Below, piece after piece: positions 17,085 to 25,763 of a DNA stretch of 64,000 nt. A model generated the notes under the pieces. That model searched no databases, had not been told where the DNA came from, and saw only the letters and a list, made by a program, of their open reading frames with translations. The position numbers and the translations under genes were made by a program. Location: the IMG/VR virus record IMGVR_UViG_3300033420_000004, positions 13,910-77,909 of that record. The stretch is one strand, 5' to 3'. Origin of the DNA: a virus (Duplodnaviria; Caudoviricetes). Each line of letters opens with the position of its first letter. Position 1 is the first letter of the stretch.

Positions 17085-18722
17085 TTATTTTCTGTTTTCA
17101 GCGTAATATTTCTTCATTAATTCACTTAAAAGTGAATTTTCATCTGAATCTTTTCCATCGAGCACGGAGTCCAACACTTTCAGCTTCCTATCTAGCATTT
17201 CTGCAATTTCTTCCTCAATCGTGTTGTAGGCAAGCAGATAATGAACTGTGACGTTATCTTTTTGTCCTATCCTGTGTACACGGTCGGAGGCCTGAGCCAA
17301 TGCGCCAGGAGTCCAAGGAAGCTCCATAAAAGCTACATTACTTGATGCTGTAAGTGTAATTCCTACTCCTGCGGCCTGAATGTTTCCTACAAATAGTTTT
17401 ACTTCAGGGTCGTTTTGGAATTTGTCCACAGCGATCTGTCTTTGAGCCTGTGAAACTGAGCCGTCGATTTTTACCGCCACATTTTGAAATTCTTCCATAA
17501 TCCTTTCAATTGCTGTTTTGTGGGTGGCAAACAAAACCAGTTTTTCTCCTGTCATAAGGAAATCCTCAATCCAATTCAAAACCTGTTCCATTTTTCCTTT
17601 TACAGCGGTTTGTTTCAGTCCCTCAATTTTACCAAGGCATTCTGCGGCTCCTGCTCTTTCTGCGGCTTCCATTCCTTTTTGTTCATACACCCAATCGATA
17701 AAATTGTTTTTTACAAATTCATATTCTTTCCTGTTGTCCAACATCATGGGTACAAAAGAGAATGTTTTTGGTGGCAATTCAGTAAGCACGTCCATTTTCT
17801 TCCTGCGAATCATAATGGATTCAACTAAAATTTTGTGCAATACTTCTGTGTTTGATGCTCCTGAAAAATCCCATCCTGATTTTCCCCAAGGTGTTTTCTT
17901 TGGGTTGCAGAACTTATGCGCAAAAGCAAATTCTGATGGAAATATGTTGGAATCGATCAGGTTGATGGCATTGTACATTTCAATAGGTCTGTTAACAATT
18001 GGAGTTCCTGACAGGCAGATAACATGCGAAACACCTTTGCAAATTCTTTTTACGGCCTTGGTTCTTCTTGTGGAATGTGATTTGATATAGTGACATTCGT
18101 CCAAGATAATTACCTGAGGTTTCAGGGCAATCAGGGTTTCTTCCCATGCCGCTAAAATATCATAATTGATAATGATAATTTCTCCAAAGATGGGAACGAT
18201 TTTGCTTCCTGTAAGCACCTGAGTTTTTGGGTTTGATATCCACATCTTTGCTTCTCTCTGCCAATTTATTTTCAGTGTCGCCGGGGTGATTATGATTGCC
18301 TTTCTTTTTTCAGGATGTAATTGCAACCAAGACAGTGCCTGACAAGTTTTTCCAAGTCCCATTTCATCAGCAATAAGTGCTCTTCCATTTTTCTTTTCGA
18401 TAAACGCCACACCAATGTTTTGGTAAGGGTAAAGATTTTTTCCAGTTGATGGAATGCTTATTGGACTTATGTTTTCTATTCTCATTTTTTCAGGCTCTTT
18501 TTTGTTGTCTGTGTCGATTTGAAATCCCCATCCCTGAAGTAGTTTTCTTGTTTCTTCGGTATTGGGAGCCGACCAAAATTTAACATTGTTTTCCCCGTGG
18601 TATTTTCTTTCGGGAATTGATTTTACGTTTTCTAAATCTTTGAAGTTAAACGGGAAGACTATTTTTAGATATTCTTCCCCGTTTACCCTCTTTTCTACTG
18701 TTGCCAGTTTTATTGTGGCCAT
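17085..18722 (-). CDS. SNF2/SWI2-family (SMARCAL1/HARP-like) helicase
   Basis: LYPYQ, LIADEMGLGKT, ILDECH, LSGTPIVNRP, AGVGITLT and QASDRVHRIGQ. Confidence 0.93.
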   Translation of the reverse strand: MATIKLATVEKRVNGEEYLKIVFPFNFKDLENVKSIPERKYHGENNVKFWSAPNTEETRKLLQGWGFQIDTDNKKEPEKMRIENISPISIPSTGKNLYPYQNIGVAFIEKKNGRALIADEMGLGKTCQALSWLQLHPEKRKAIIITPATLKINWQREAKMWISNPKTQVLTGSKIVPIFGEIIIINYDILAAWEETLIALKPQVIILDECHYIKSHSTRRTKAVKRICKGVSHVICLSGTPIVNRPIEMYNAINLIDSNIFPSEFAFAHKFCNPKKTPWGKSGWDFSGASNTEVLHKILVESIMIRRKKMDVLTELPPKTFSFVPMMLDNRKEYEFVKNNFIDWVYEQKGMEAAERAGAAECLGKIEGLKQTAVKGKMEQVLNWIEDFLMTGEKLVLFATHKTAIERIMEEFQNVAVKIDGSVSQAQRQIAVDKFQNDPEVKLFVGNIQAAGVGITLTASSNVAFMELPWTPGALAQASDRVHRIGQKDNVTVHYLLAYNTIEEEIAEMLDRKLKVLDSVLDGKDSDENSLLSELMKKYYAENRK

Positions 18723-19315
18723 TCTGTTGAAAAATTAGTGGTATCAAATCGTTCTCCTTTGAATTCAACCACTTTGTCAGTTGCTTTGAAGAACATGTCC
18801 TTGGTGCTTCCGTATCCAAAATTCTTTCTGTAGGCTCTTGCATATGCATCATTCTTGCAGGCTCTGTAGGCATAAATGTCTCCCGGATTTTTGTGATAGT
18901 GGAACGAATAGATTGGTGTTCCTTCCTGAGAAATTCCTACAAAGGTGCTGAGGGTTGGTTCAAAGGTTGTAAGTTCACCATTCAAAGCTAAAAACACATT
19001 TTCAGGGGTAAGGCTGTCCACGGTTGAAAGTATTTTCTGAATTCTGTTCATTTCAGCTAAAACTGTTTTCATTTTGTGATGTGGCATGTGTTCCATGTTG
19101 TAGTTCATGGCATACCATTCATTTTCTTTCACAATAACGGTTCCATCATGAGATTTTAAGGGCGTTTCCAAGTTACACTGCCAAGTTAACGTCATAACAA
19201 CACCTTTGTAGAAATTTTCGTTGGAAATTATCTGGAAATAAAGGTTTCCGTATTTGTTACTGTCAAAACTGTTTGTTGACTTTGCTCTGTATACTCTGAT
19301 TAATGTCTTTTTCAT
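18710..19315 (-). CDS. hypothetical protein
   Basis: 201-aa ORF preceded by the repeated AACATCAAAAACCT leader. Confidence 0.75.
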   Translation of the reverse strand: MKKTLIRVYRAKSTNSFDSNKYGNLYFQIISNENFYKGVVMTLTWQCNLETPLKSHDGTVIVKENEWYAMNYNMEHMPHHKMKTVLAEMNRIQKILSTVDSLTPENVFLALNGELTTFEPTLSTFVGISQEGTPIYSFHYHKNPGDIYAYRACKNDAYARAYRKNFGYGSTKDMFFKATDKVVEFKGERFDTTNFSTEWPQ

Positions 19316-19340
19316 TTCAGTAGGTTTTTGATGTTAACAA

Positions 19341-19592
19341 TTATTTTATACCTGCAATTTTCTTCAATTCTGCTTTGATTTCCTTTGCTACAGGACCTCT
19401 CCAAGTAGTTGCATTTCCAAGGAAGTAAATGATTATTGATTTTGCTGAATCATCCCAGTAAGAATCATCTGCGGTATTCAATTGTGACAGGGCATTCAGG
19501 TAAGGTACTGCTCCGAAATATACTTTTTTCCAGTCTTTGCGGATGTCCTGAGCGATCTTGTAAATTGGTCTGCTTGTGTTTTCTGTTTTCAT
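19341..19592 (-). CDS. hypothetical early protein
   Basis: 83-aa ORF downstream of a TATATTTG box (19628-19635). Confidence 0.7.
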   Translation of the reverse strand: MKTENTSRPIYKIAQDIRKDWKKVYFGAVPYLNALSQLNTADDSYWDDSAKSIIIYFLGNATTWRGPVAKEIKAELKKIAGIK

Positions 19593-19627
19593 TTTTTTAA
19601 GTTTTTTTGATGTGGTTGATGAGATTG

Positions 19628-19635
19628 CAAATATA
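19628..19635 (-). promoter_or_regulatory. Bacteroidota-type -7 promoter element
   Basis: TATATTTG matches TAnnTTTG; no clear -33 TTTG. Confidence 0.5.
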
Positions 19636-19743
19636 TGTTTTTGTTTGTTTTGAGGGCGGGTTAACTTTTGATTTCCTGTTTTTGCTTTCAGTTTTAAGCT
19701 CCTTCAGGCATAATCCCTACCCTCATTTACAATTTTCTTTTGG

Positions 19744-20109
19744 CTAGAAGATGTAAACCTGTCCTCTGTATTTCAGCCAAATCAGGGAGTCCATATTGAT
19801 GAATCTGTATTCCATCAGGTTCATATCGAACACGCTGAGAAGGTGTTTTTGAATTGGCTTAAATTTCAGGCCAACACCTTTCAATTCCTTTTTTACGGAT
19901 GTACGGCAGTTGATAACTCTGTACTCTCCATTGGTCCTTTTTACAAATCCTGCGGAAAAAATAATTCCTGATTTTCTGATGTCGTGTACCAATTCTAGCA
20001 CGGTGCCGGGGGTCGCTTTTATCACAGGTTTTTCTGTTGAAACCTTGATGAATTGTACTTCTACTGCGTTGTTTACTCTGTTGCTGATTACTACGATTTG
20101 TTTTCTCAT
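19744..20109 (-). CDS. SH3 beta-barrel (WYL-like) protein
   Basis: IFSAGFVKRTNGEYRVINCRT...LSVFDM...YRFINMDSL pattern typical of small phage WYL-like barrels. Confidence 0.6.
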   Translation of the reverse strand: MRKQIVVISNRVNNAVEVQFIKVSTEKPVIKATPGTVLELVHDIRKSGIIFSAGFVKRTNGEYRVINCRTSVKKELKGVGLKFKPIQKHLLSVFDMNLMEYRFINMDSLIWLKYRGQVYIF

Positions 20110-20140
20110 TTTAATAGGTTTTTGTGTGAATGATGAAGTG

Positions 20141-20171
20141 CAAATATATGTATTCTTTTTTTAACGTCAAA
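20141..20171 (-). promoter_or_regulatory. Bacteroidota sigma-A type early promoter
   Basis: TTTG (20168-20171) -19 nt- TATATTTG (20141-20148), a full consensus match; overlaps a GACGTTAA motif. Confidence 0.75.
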
Positions 20172-20195
20172 ATTTATTTTCTATTTTTTTCATTT

Positions 20196-20360
20196 TTAAT
20201 TCAGAGAAATGGGGTCCATGTAATTTCCGGGAAGTTGTGGTTCCCAAGGTTTTGGGTTGTTTTCCATGTCGAAAAGCACTATTCTGAAAAAAGTAACTTC
20301 ATCAAGACATGCTATCGGTTGTATTTTTACTTTTTTGGCTAACATAAAAAATCTTTCCAT
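20196..20360 (-). CDS. hypothetical protein (54 aa)
   Basis: Manual translation MERFFMLAKK...YMDPISLN*, with A-rich leader CAAAAACCAGTCAAAATG. Confidence 0.5.
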   Translation of the reverse strand: MERFFMLAKKVKIQPIACLDEVTFFRIVLFDMENNPKPWEPQLPGNYMDPISLN

Positions 20361-20381
20361 TTTGACTGGTTTTTGTTGGTT

Positions 20382-20903
20382 TTACTTGAGTTTTAGTAGT
20401 GCAATAAGGTTTCTCTGAAGGGATGGATTTGTTAAAATTTCAGATATGTTTTTTGTTTTTAACGGGCTGTTGTTAAGTTTGTGTGCATAGGTGTAAAAGT
20501 TGAATCCTGTTATCCTTGAGCTTCCCTCTGTTTGTCTTTCAAAAAGAGTTTCTATTCGAATGGGTACTTCATAACAAACGGAAGCCATTTCTGCATTTTT
20601 TGGCGCGAAGTATATTGCGGTTCCTTGTACCAATTCGCAAATAAGGGGAACATTTGCATTTCTGAAATCGGCATTAATTTCATCCACAGTGGTGTACAGG
20701 GATTCGTTAATAGCTTTTTTCATGGCGTTGTTGTGGATTTCAGTTTCTTTCATAAATGTGTTGATTCTGTTTCTTTCCACCACTAGTGCGGATGGGTCAA
20801 AATGGGTAAACTCATTTTCGGTTTTTACTTCAGGATTGAGTTTTAGCAGGTTGTTTTTTACTTCTTCCAATAGAGCTAGTTGACTTTCGGTAAGTTTTTT
20901 CAT
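20382..20903 (-). CDS. hypothetical early protein
   Basis: 173-aa ORF with the repeated leader AACATCAAAAAACTTAAAAAATG. Confidence 0.75.
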   Translation of the reverse strand: MKKLTESQLALLEEVKNNLLKLNPEVKTENEFTHFDPSALVVERNRINTFMKETEIHNNAMKKAINESLYTTVDEINADFRNANVPLICELVQGTAIYFAPKNAEMASVCYEVPIRIETLFERQTEGSSRITGFNFYTYAHKLNNSPLKTKNISEILTNPSLQRNLIALLKLK

Positions 20904-20937
20904 TTTTTTAAGTTTTTTGATGTTAATATTTGTTTTT

Positions 20938-21132
20938 TTATTTTATCCTTGTGATTTCATTTGCTGAATTCCTGAAAACATCACCAACACAGGATTCCCG
21001 AACGAATTTTTTTATTTTGTTTCCATCAAAATCGACCATATCATTTAGGGTTTTTGCTTGGCTGTTTTCCATTGTGCAGCTGTGTCCGCGTCCTGATAAA
21101 TCCCTGTAGAAAAATTGTTTTTGTGTTTTCAT
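20938..21132 (-). CDS. hypothetical early protein
   Basis: 64-aa ORF; ATGA overlap with the upstream gene. Confidence 0.65.
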   Translation of the reverse strand: MKTQKQFFYRDLSGRGHSCTMENSQAKTLNDMVDFDGNKIKKFVRESCVGDVFRNSANEITRIK

Positions 21133-21395
21133 TTTTTGTATGTTTCAGGGTATAAAATTTCCATTGCTACTGTGTAAATATCTGTGGTTTCTGTGGCGAA
21201 AAATTCACATACTGTCCAACACTTTTCCATTAATGCGTTAAGATGTTTTCCCACAGGTACAGGTGTGTTTGAATATTCCGTAAAATCATCATCAGGATGA
21301 AAAGTATAGTTTGCTTCTTTCAGGGCTGTGAAAAACACTTTTACTTTTTCTAGGCTGTTGATTTTTTCAGGGGTTAATGCTAAGATATTTTCCAT
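21129..21395 (-). CDS. hypothetical early protein
   Basis: 88-aa ORF containing YTFHPDDDF. Confidence 0.7.
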   Translation of the reverse strand: MENILALTPEKINSLEKVKVFFTALKEANYTFHPDDDFTEYSNTPVPVGKHLNALMEKCWTVCEFFATETTDIYTVAMEILYPETYKK

Positions 21396-21454
21396 TTTTT
21401 TATTTTTTTGAAATTTTCAGTTAAAGTCGATTTTTTATTTTTTGGTTTTTTTGT

Positions 21455-21477
21455 GCCCTGCAGAATGCCTGCAGGGC
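21455..21477. terminator. GC-rich hairpin flanked by T/A runs
   Basis: GCCCTGCAG/CTGCAGGGC 9-bp stem in an intergenic gap. Confidence 0.55.
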
Positions 21478-21485
21478 TGTTATTT

Positions 21486-22061
21486 TTAATTAAAAAGTTC
21501 TAGCAGTGCTTTTGCTTCTGATAACTGTTCTTCACTCATGAAAGGATTGTGTACGGTGTGTTGATACACTAATTCGTCTAGGCAATATTCAGGTAATTCA
21601 TTTTTTGCTATCCAATCGCGGACCATTTGGTGTTTTTGCTCTTCAATTTCTTCTGCGTTTATTTCGAATTCTGCCACAAGTTCAAGATCTTTATTTTCAC
21701 AGGCAAAAATACGGATTGCATTTTCTGAAATTTGGATTGTAACGCCATTTCGCATGGTGATCAAGTAATGATCATTTTTTTCCTCGCATTTTTCTACAAA
21801 ATGCCCTTTTACTTCAGTTTCTTCTGTTACTTCACGGTTCCAAAGTGTTGATTCAGGATATTTGATATTGATATCGTGGCCTTCGTTTGTGATATCTGCA
21901 AAGTTTATAACGCTGTTTTCATTTTTTACGTCATCATTAATTCCATAAGCTATGCACTCATTATTGATACCTAAATAGGTTTTGTTTGAGAAGATAAAAT
22001 AGTCTACCATGCAGAATCCACCTGTTTGAGCTATTTCTTGGTAAGTGATTTTTGTTTTCAT
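21486..22061 (-). CDS. hypothetical early protein
   Basis: 191-aa acidic ORF downstream of the promoter at 22091-22121. Confidence 0.75.
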   Translation of the reverse strand: MKTKITYQEIAQTGGFCMVDYFIFSNKTYLGINNECIAYGINDDVKNENSVINFADITNEGHDINIKYPESTLWNREVTEETEVKGHFVEKCEEKNDHYLITMRNGVTIQISENAIRIFACENKDLELVAEFEINAEEIEEQKHQMVRDWIAKNELPEYCLDELVYQHTVHNPFMSEEQLSEAKALLELFN

Positions 22062-22090
22062 TTTATTAGGTTTTTGATGTTTGATGGGTA

Positions 22091-22121
22091 CAAGGATATG
22101 TTTTTATTTATTAACGTCAAA
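22091..22121 (-). promoter_or_regulatory. Bacteroidota-type early promoter
   Basis: TTTG -19 nt- TATCCTTG; shares TAAATTTTGACGTTAA with the 20141-20171 promoter. Confidence 0.6.
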
Positions 22122-22146
22122 ATTTATTTACTGTTTTTTTATTTTT

Positions 22147-22461
22147 TTATATGCTAATTGGCATTTTAAACCTTTCAAAGTTTGTGGTAGCTTGCCTGCA
22201 GGTTATTTTTTCATTTATAACTTTTTCCCCTTTTACCACCCAATTGTACAGGGCATTTTGTAATTCTTTTTTTGATATGTCTTTGCTATTTGCCCTAACC
22301 ATAAACGCAAACCCTGCAAAAATTTTTTCTATTCTTAAACCTTCGGGAGTGGTGAACGGCATGGAGCCCCTTTGAAAGTCAAAATAAAGGGCATTTACTT
22401 TGATATTTCGACCTGTGTAAACTTGGTCAGCAGTTTTTGATTTGAATTCTTTTTTGGTCAT
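22147..22461 (-). CDS. hypothetical early protein
   Basis: Start placed at MTKKEF (22461); the longer ORF-track start crosses an intergenic hairpin. Confidence 0.7.
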   Translation of the reverse strand: MTKKEFKSKTADQVYTGRNIKVNALYFDFQRGSMPFTTPEGLRIEKIFAGFAFMVRANSKDISKKELQNALYNWVVKGEKVINEKITCRQATTNFERFKMPISI

Positions 22462-22506
22462 TTTTTTACGTTTTTTTGGAATTTTGATTAATTTTTTTTG
22501 ATTTTT

Positions 22507-22532
22507 GAGCCCTGCCAAGGGTTGCAGGGCTC
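22507..22532. terminator. GC-rich hairpin flanked by T/A runs
   Basis: GAGCCCTGC/GCAGGGCTC 9-bp stem, same family as 21455-21477. Confidence 0.55.
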
Positions 22533-22543
22533 TTTTTTGTTTT

Positions 22544-22783
22544 TTAGAAAAAATGAATTTCAAATTTTTCTGATGTTCTGTTAAAATCGATTCTATACAT
22601 TAGCCTGCATGCTTTTGCTATGTTTATGAATTCTTCGAGCAGGTAAATTTGATCTTTGAAAGTTATCACAATTCTGTCCTCTGTTCCCTCAATTGATGTC
22701 ACTTCAAATTTGGCATGATTAAAAAAATCCAATTGTAAATTTATTAATGTTACGGCTAATTTTACGTTTTTTTGAGTTTTCAT
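22544..22783 (-). CDS. hypothetical early protein
   Basis: 79-aa ORF with an A-rich leader. Confidence 0.65.
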   Translation of the reverse strand: MKTQKNVKLAVTLINLQLDFFNHAKFEVTSIEGTEDRIVITFKDQIYLLEEFINIAKACRLMYRIDFNRTSEKFEIHFF

Positions 22784-22810
22784 TTTTTTACGTTTTTTGG
22801 GAGTTGTTTT

Positions 22811-22921
22811 TTAGTTTTCAATTAAATTCATCAATATAGCAAGGTCAGTAATTTGGTCCTGATAATTGATAAAGTTTGCAATTTCTTCGCTGTTTGCTGA
22901 TAATTCATAAAAGTTGTACAT
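22811..22921 (-). CDS. hypothetical peptide (36 aa)
   Basis: Manual translation MYNFYELSANSEEI...LIEN*, preceded by the repeated AACATCAAAAAACTA leader. Confidence 0.5.
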   Translation of the reverse strand: MYNFYELSANSEEIANFINYQDQITDLAILMNLIEN

Positions 22922-22956
22922 GTTTTTTAGTTTTTTGATGTTAATAAATTGATATT

Positions 22957-23145
22957 TTAGAATGGTAAATTTGGTTCTGTTGTAATGTACTGCAATTCGT
23001 AGGCGCCCATAAATTGATCATGTTTTTTTTCAGTTTCAATACTTTTTATTGATCTATTTGCAGAATCCAAAAAATATTGCAGGTCCTTAGGATTAATCCA
23101 CTTTTTTGAAAAGTCTAGGTATATGGTGAAATGTAAGTGATTCAT
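22957..23145 (-). CDS. hypothetical early protein
   Basis: 62-aa ORF. Confidence 0.6.
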   Translation of the reverse strand: MNHLHFTIYLDFSKKWINPKDLQYFLDSANRSIKSIETEKKHDQFMGAYELQYITTEPNLPF

Positions 23146-23205
23146 TTTTTTAGGTTTTTTAGTTGGAGCCTGTTTTGATGTTTGCAGGCCCCAAATTTTG
23201 ATTTT

Positions 23206-23829
23206 TTAGTGAATTGGTATAACTATTATTTTTTGGCCTTTTTTGCTGCAAATATTGCATTTTTTGCAGTCTGATATACATTTTACAACTTTGAATCCAT
23301 CAATATGTTTCTTGCTTATTGCCTCGGTATAATCGACCTTATTTAATCCACAAAATAAGTTGCTTGCCTCACCTGTTTTTAATTTGTCAATATTTTCGAG
23401 CCCTGAAAAATTAACGGCAAAATTAACACCTTTGAAATTTAGGTCCGTTCTTGCCGTATAAACATAAGTTTTAACGTTTAAACCTTTTGAAATTTGGTTC
23501 AATTTATCAATTGAGTTTTGGTTTTTGAAATCGCCTGACTCACTAACACGAAGTAAATTAACTTTTATGCGTTTTTTTGCTATAGCTGCATTGAATTCAC
23601 TTATAAATTGATCTGAAGTACATTTATCAAAATAATAATTTTGGCGGTCCCTGAATGGTAAAACTTGTTTATATAAATGTTCAGCCTTTTTAGCGTAACA
23701 AACTTTTGATAATTTGCATAGGCCTAATTTATCTGAGGGGCAGCGCATTGCGGAGCTCATGTTAAAAATTGCAGTACTTTTTGGTAGTTTAGTGTTCCCA
23801 AAACTTAATATGTTTTTTAAAGTTTCCAT
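23206..23829 (-). CDS. Gp88-like, radical-SAM-related Fe-S protein
   Basis: GNTKL...RCPSDKLGLCKLSKVCYAKK, LRVSESGDF, YVYT and a C-terminal CISDCKKCNIC; pattern recalled from the phage Gp88 family. Confidence 0.55.
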   Translation of the reverse strand: METLKNILSFGNTKLPKSTAIFNMSSAMRCPSDKLGLCKLSKVCYAKKAEHLYKQVLPFRDRQNYYFDKCTSDQFISEFNAAIAKKRIKVNLLRVSESGDFKNQNSIDKLNQISKGLNVKTYVYTARTDLNFKGVNFAVNFSGLENIDKLKTGEASNLFCGLNKVDYTEAISKKHIDGFKVVKCISDCKKCNICSKKGQKIIVIPIH

Positions 23830-23856
23830 GTTTTCTAGGTTTTTGATGTTAATAAA

Positions 23857-23991
23857 TCAAGCTATGCAGTTAATTGTGAAGTAATACTTTAGTACAAATA
23901 CAATTGATAATACTATAGCTACTGAAAAAACAGATAATAATATCATTTTAAGTTTATCTGCTGCGCTCACTTTAATTTGTTTAGTTTTCAT
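23857..23991 (-). CDS. small membrane peptide (44 aa), first leftward gene
   Basis: Manual translation MKTKQIKVSAADKLKMILLSVFSVAIVLSIVFVLKYYFTINCIA*; CTTG-N21-TACATTTA promoter variant at 24026-24058. Confidence 0.55.
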   Translation of the reverse strand: MKTKQIKVSAADKLKMILLSVFSVAIVLSIVFVLKYYFTINCIA

Positions 23992-23999
23992 AAGGCTAA

Positions 24000-25090
24000 A
24001 ATTTTTGTTTGTTTGTTTGTTTCTGTAAATGTAATATTAACGACGTTAAAAAAGCAAGAGCAAAGCGAAAATAAATTGAAAATAGTTGCTCAAACCCAGG
24101 CAGGCTGCGGGTTTCAGAAGGTCAAAAAAAGGCAAAAAACAGGCAAAAAAGCATAAAAACAGGTAAAAAACGACATGCAAAAACATCAAAAAACGTCATA
24201 TTTTTATAGTGACGTTAAAAAACAGATAAAAACAGGCAATAAATAAGCTATAAAAACATGCATATATAAACAGTAAATAAAGTAATGTAAAACAGGTATG
24301 AAATTAACCATATAAAAACAACTAATAAAATATAATTGAATGCATGTAATAAAGTAGTATAATTATACCATGCAATTATATAATACTAATATGTAAACAA
24401 TACGACGTTAAAAAATATATAATATAATGCAATTGCATAGTAAAAAGATAATAATAACAGAACGGCCGCAAAACGACGGCGCACGCCCTCCAATATAGTC
24501 AAAAATCAAAAATGCGTTAAAAAAGGCCTTCTCCAGTAACGCGATATTTGAAAAAACTCAATGTTTATGCGGGTTTCAGAAGGTTGCAACACTTCAATAA
24601 ATAACAGTAAATAAACAGTAATACATAAGGCATGCATGCCAATGCGCGCAAACGCGCAGTAGGCAAGGGATCCCTGCAGGACCTGCGCTATGGTCCATTG
24701 TATATAGGCTAATAAATATGGAACAGGCCTTGAAATGCAGTAAATAAAGGCAATACATGCATACATATGCAATGCATCCCGCGCCTGGCGCGTGTTGCAA
24801 TGGACCGTAGGCCTGGAAATCAACAGCAGTACGGCAAAGAGAAGAGGCACCCCCTATGCTTTAGGATTTTCAAAAAGCGATGGCTGGGCCGAGTCCATCT
24901 CCGCAATTGTGTGAAAATTTTTACCCGGAAATGAAGTCCTGAAAAAATCTACAAAAATTTTTTACCCCGAAATCGAGGTTTGACGTTAATAAATGTGTGT
25001 GGGCGGGTGTGGGTGTATGTAAAAATAAGTTTGGAAAATCAGAAGCTTGTTTGTAAATTTGGTGCTTTAGGTTTATGTCGGAATTAAAAA
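24000..25090. other. non-coding divergent control region (candidate packaging/terminus region)
   Basis: About 1.1 kb with no credible ORF between the leftward early genes and rightward terS; contains phased A-tracts, four GACGTTAA sites and a GC-rich block. Confidence 0.65.
25030..25061 (+). promoter_or_regulatory. Bacteroidota sigma-A type promoter for terS
   Basis: TTTG (25030-25033) -20 nt- TAAATTTG (25054-25061). Confidence 0.65.
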
Positions 25091-25091
25091 C

Positions 25092-25763
25092 ATGGTTATG
25101 GCAAAGCAGACAGATGAGTTCGATGACTTGGAGGATGACTTGGAGGATGGGTTCGAAGAAGAGACCCCTAAGCCCTACGAGCCCCCCGTACCTGGGAAAA
25201 AGCGAGAGCGGGATATGTTATTCAGCAAACCGCCTCAGGGTGCCAACGGTGGTCATAAGACGTTAGTGCATACCAAGAGGGAGCTGGTACATGCTTTCCG
25301 ATTGTCGCTGATGGGTGGCGGCAGTAAGGAGTTGGCTGATTTCTTTGGAGTGCAGGTATATACGATTGATTATTGGAAAAAGACAAAGCCGGAGTTCGCA
25401 CTTGCCGTTAGAAAAGGGAAGGAATACGCTTCCATGAAAGTTGGGAAAAGTTTGTACAAGATATGTGTGGGATACACTGTGGTTGAGACCAAAGAAATGA
25501 CGGGTACCAATTCCAAAGGCGACCCGATTTCCTACACCATTACCACAACCAGGCACATACCACCGAACATCAAAGCCATTATATTCTTCTTAACCAATAA
25601 AGAACGCGCGCTTTGGACAGATACCACTAAATTGGAACTAAGCGGAAGTGTGGATGCCATTAAAAAATTGGATATGTCAAAACTAAGCCCTGAAGAACAG
25701 GCACTGGCGAAAAAAATAGCAATCTTACAAATATCGGGACTAAGTGGAACCTCTGCAAACTGA
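25092..25763 (+). CDS. terS: terminase small subunit
   Basis: HTH ELADFFGVQVYTIDYWKKTKPEFALAVRKGK and PPNIKAIIFFLTN patterns; directly upstream of terL. Confidence 0.8.
   Translation: MVMAKQTDEFDDLEDDLEDGFEEETPKPYEPPVPGKKRERDMLFSKPPQGANGGHKTLVHTKRELVHAFRLSLMGGGSKELADFFGVQVYTIDYWKKTKPEFALAVRKGKEYASMKVGKSLYKICVGYTVVETKEMTGTNSKGDPISYTITTTRHIPPNIKAIIFFLTNKERALWTDTTKLELSGSVDAIKKLDMSKLSPEEQALAKKIAILQISGLSGTSAN

Noticed and set aside
24100-24480. CRISPR array or tRNA in the central non-coding region
   Set aside because: The repeats are short degenerate A-tract words without constant-length repeats and unique spacers; no cloverleaf was found.
24506-24850. ORFs 24506-24850 (-) and 24594-24800 (-)
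   Set aside because: Cys/Ala/His-rich composition produced by the ATGCA repeats, no A-rich leader and no family motif; probably non-coding.
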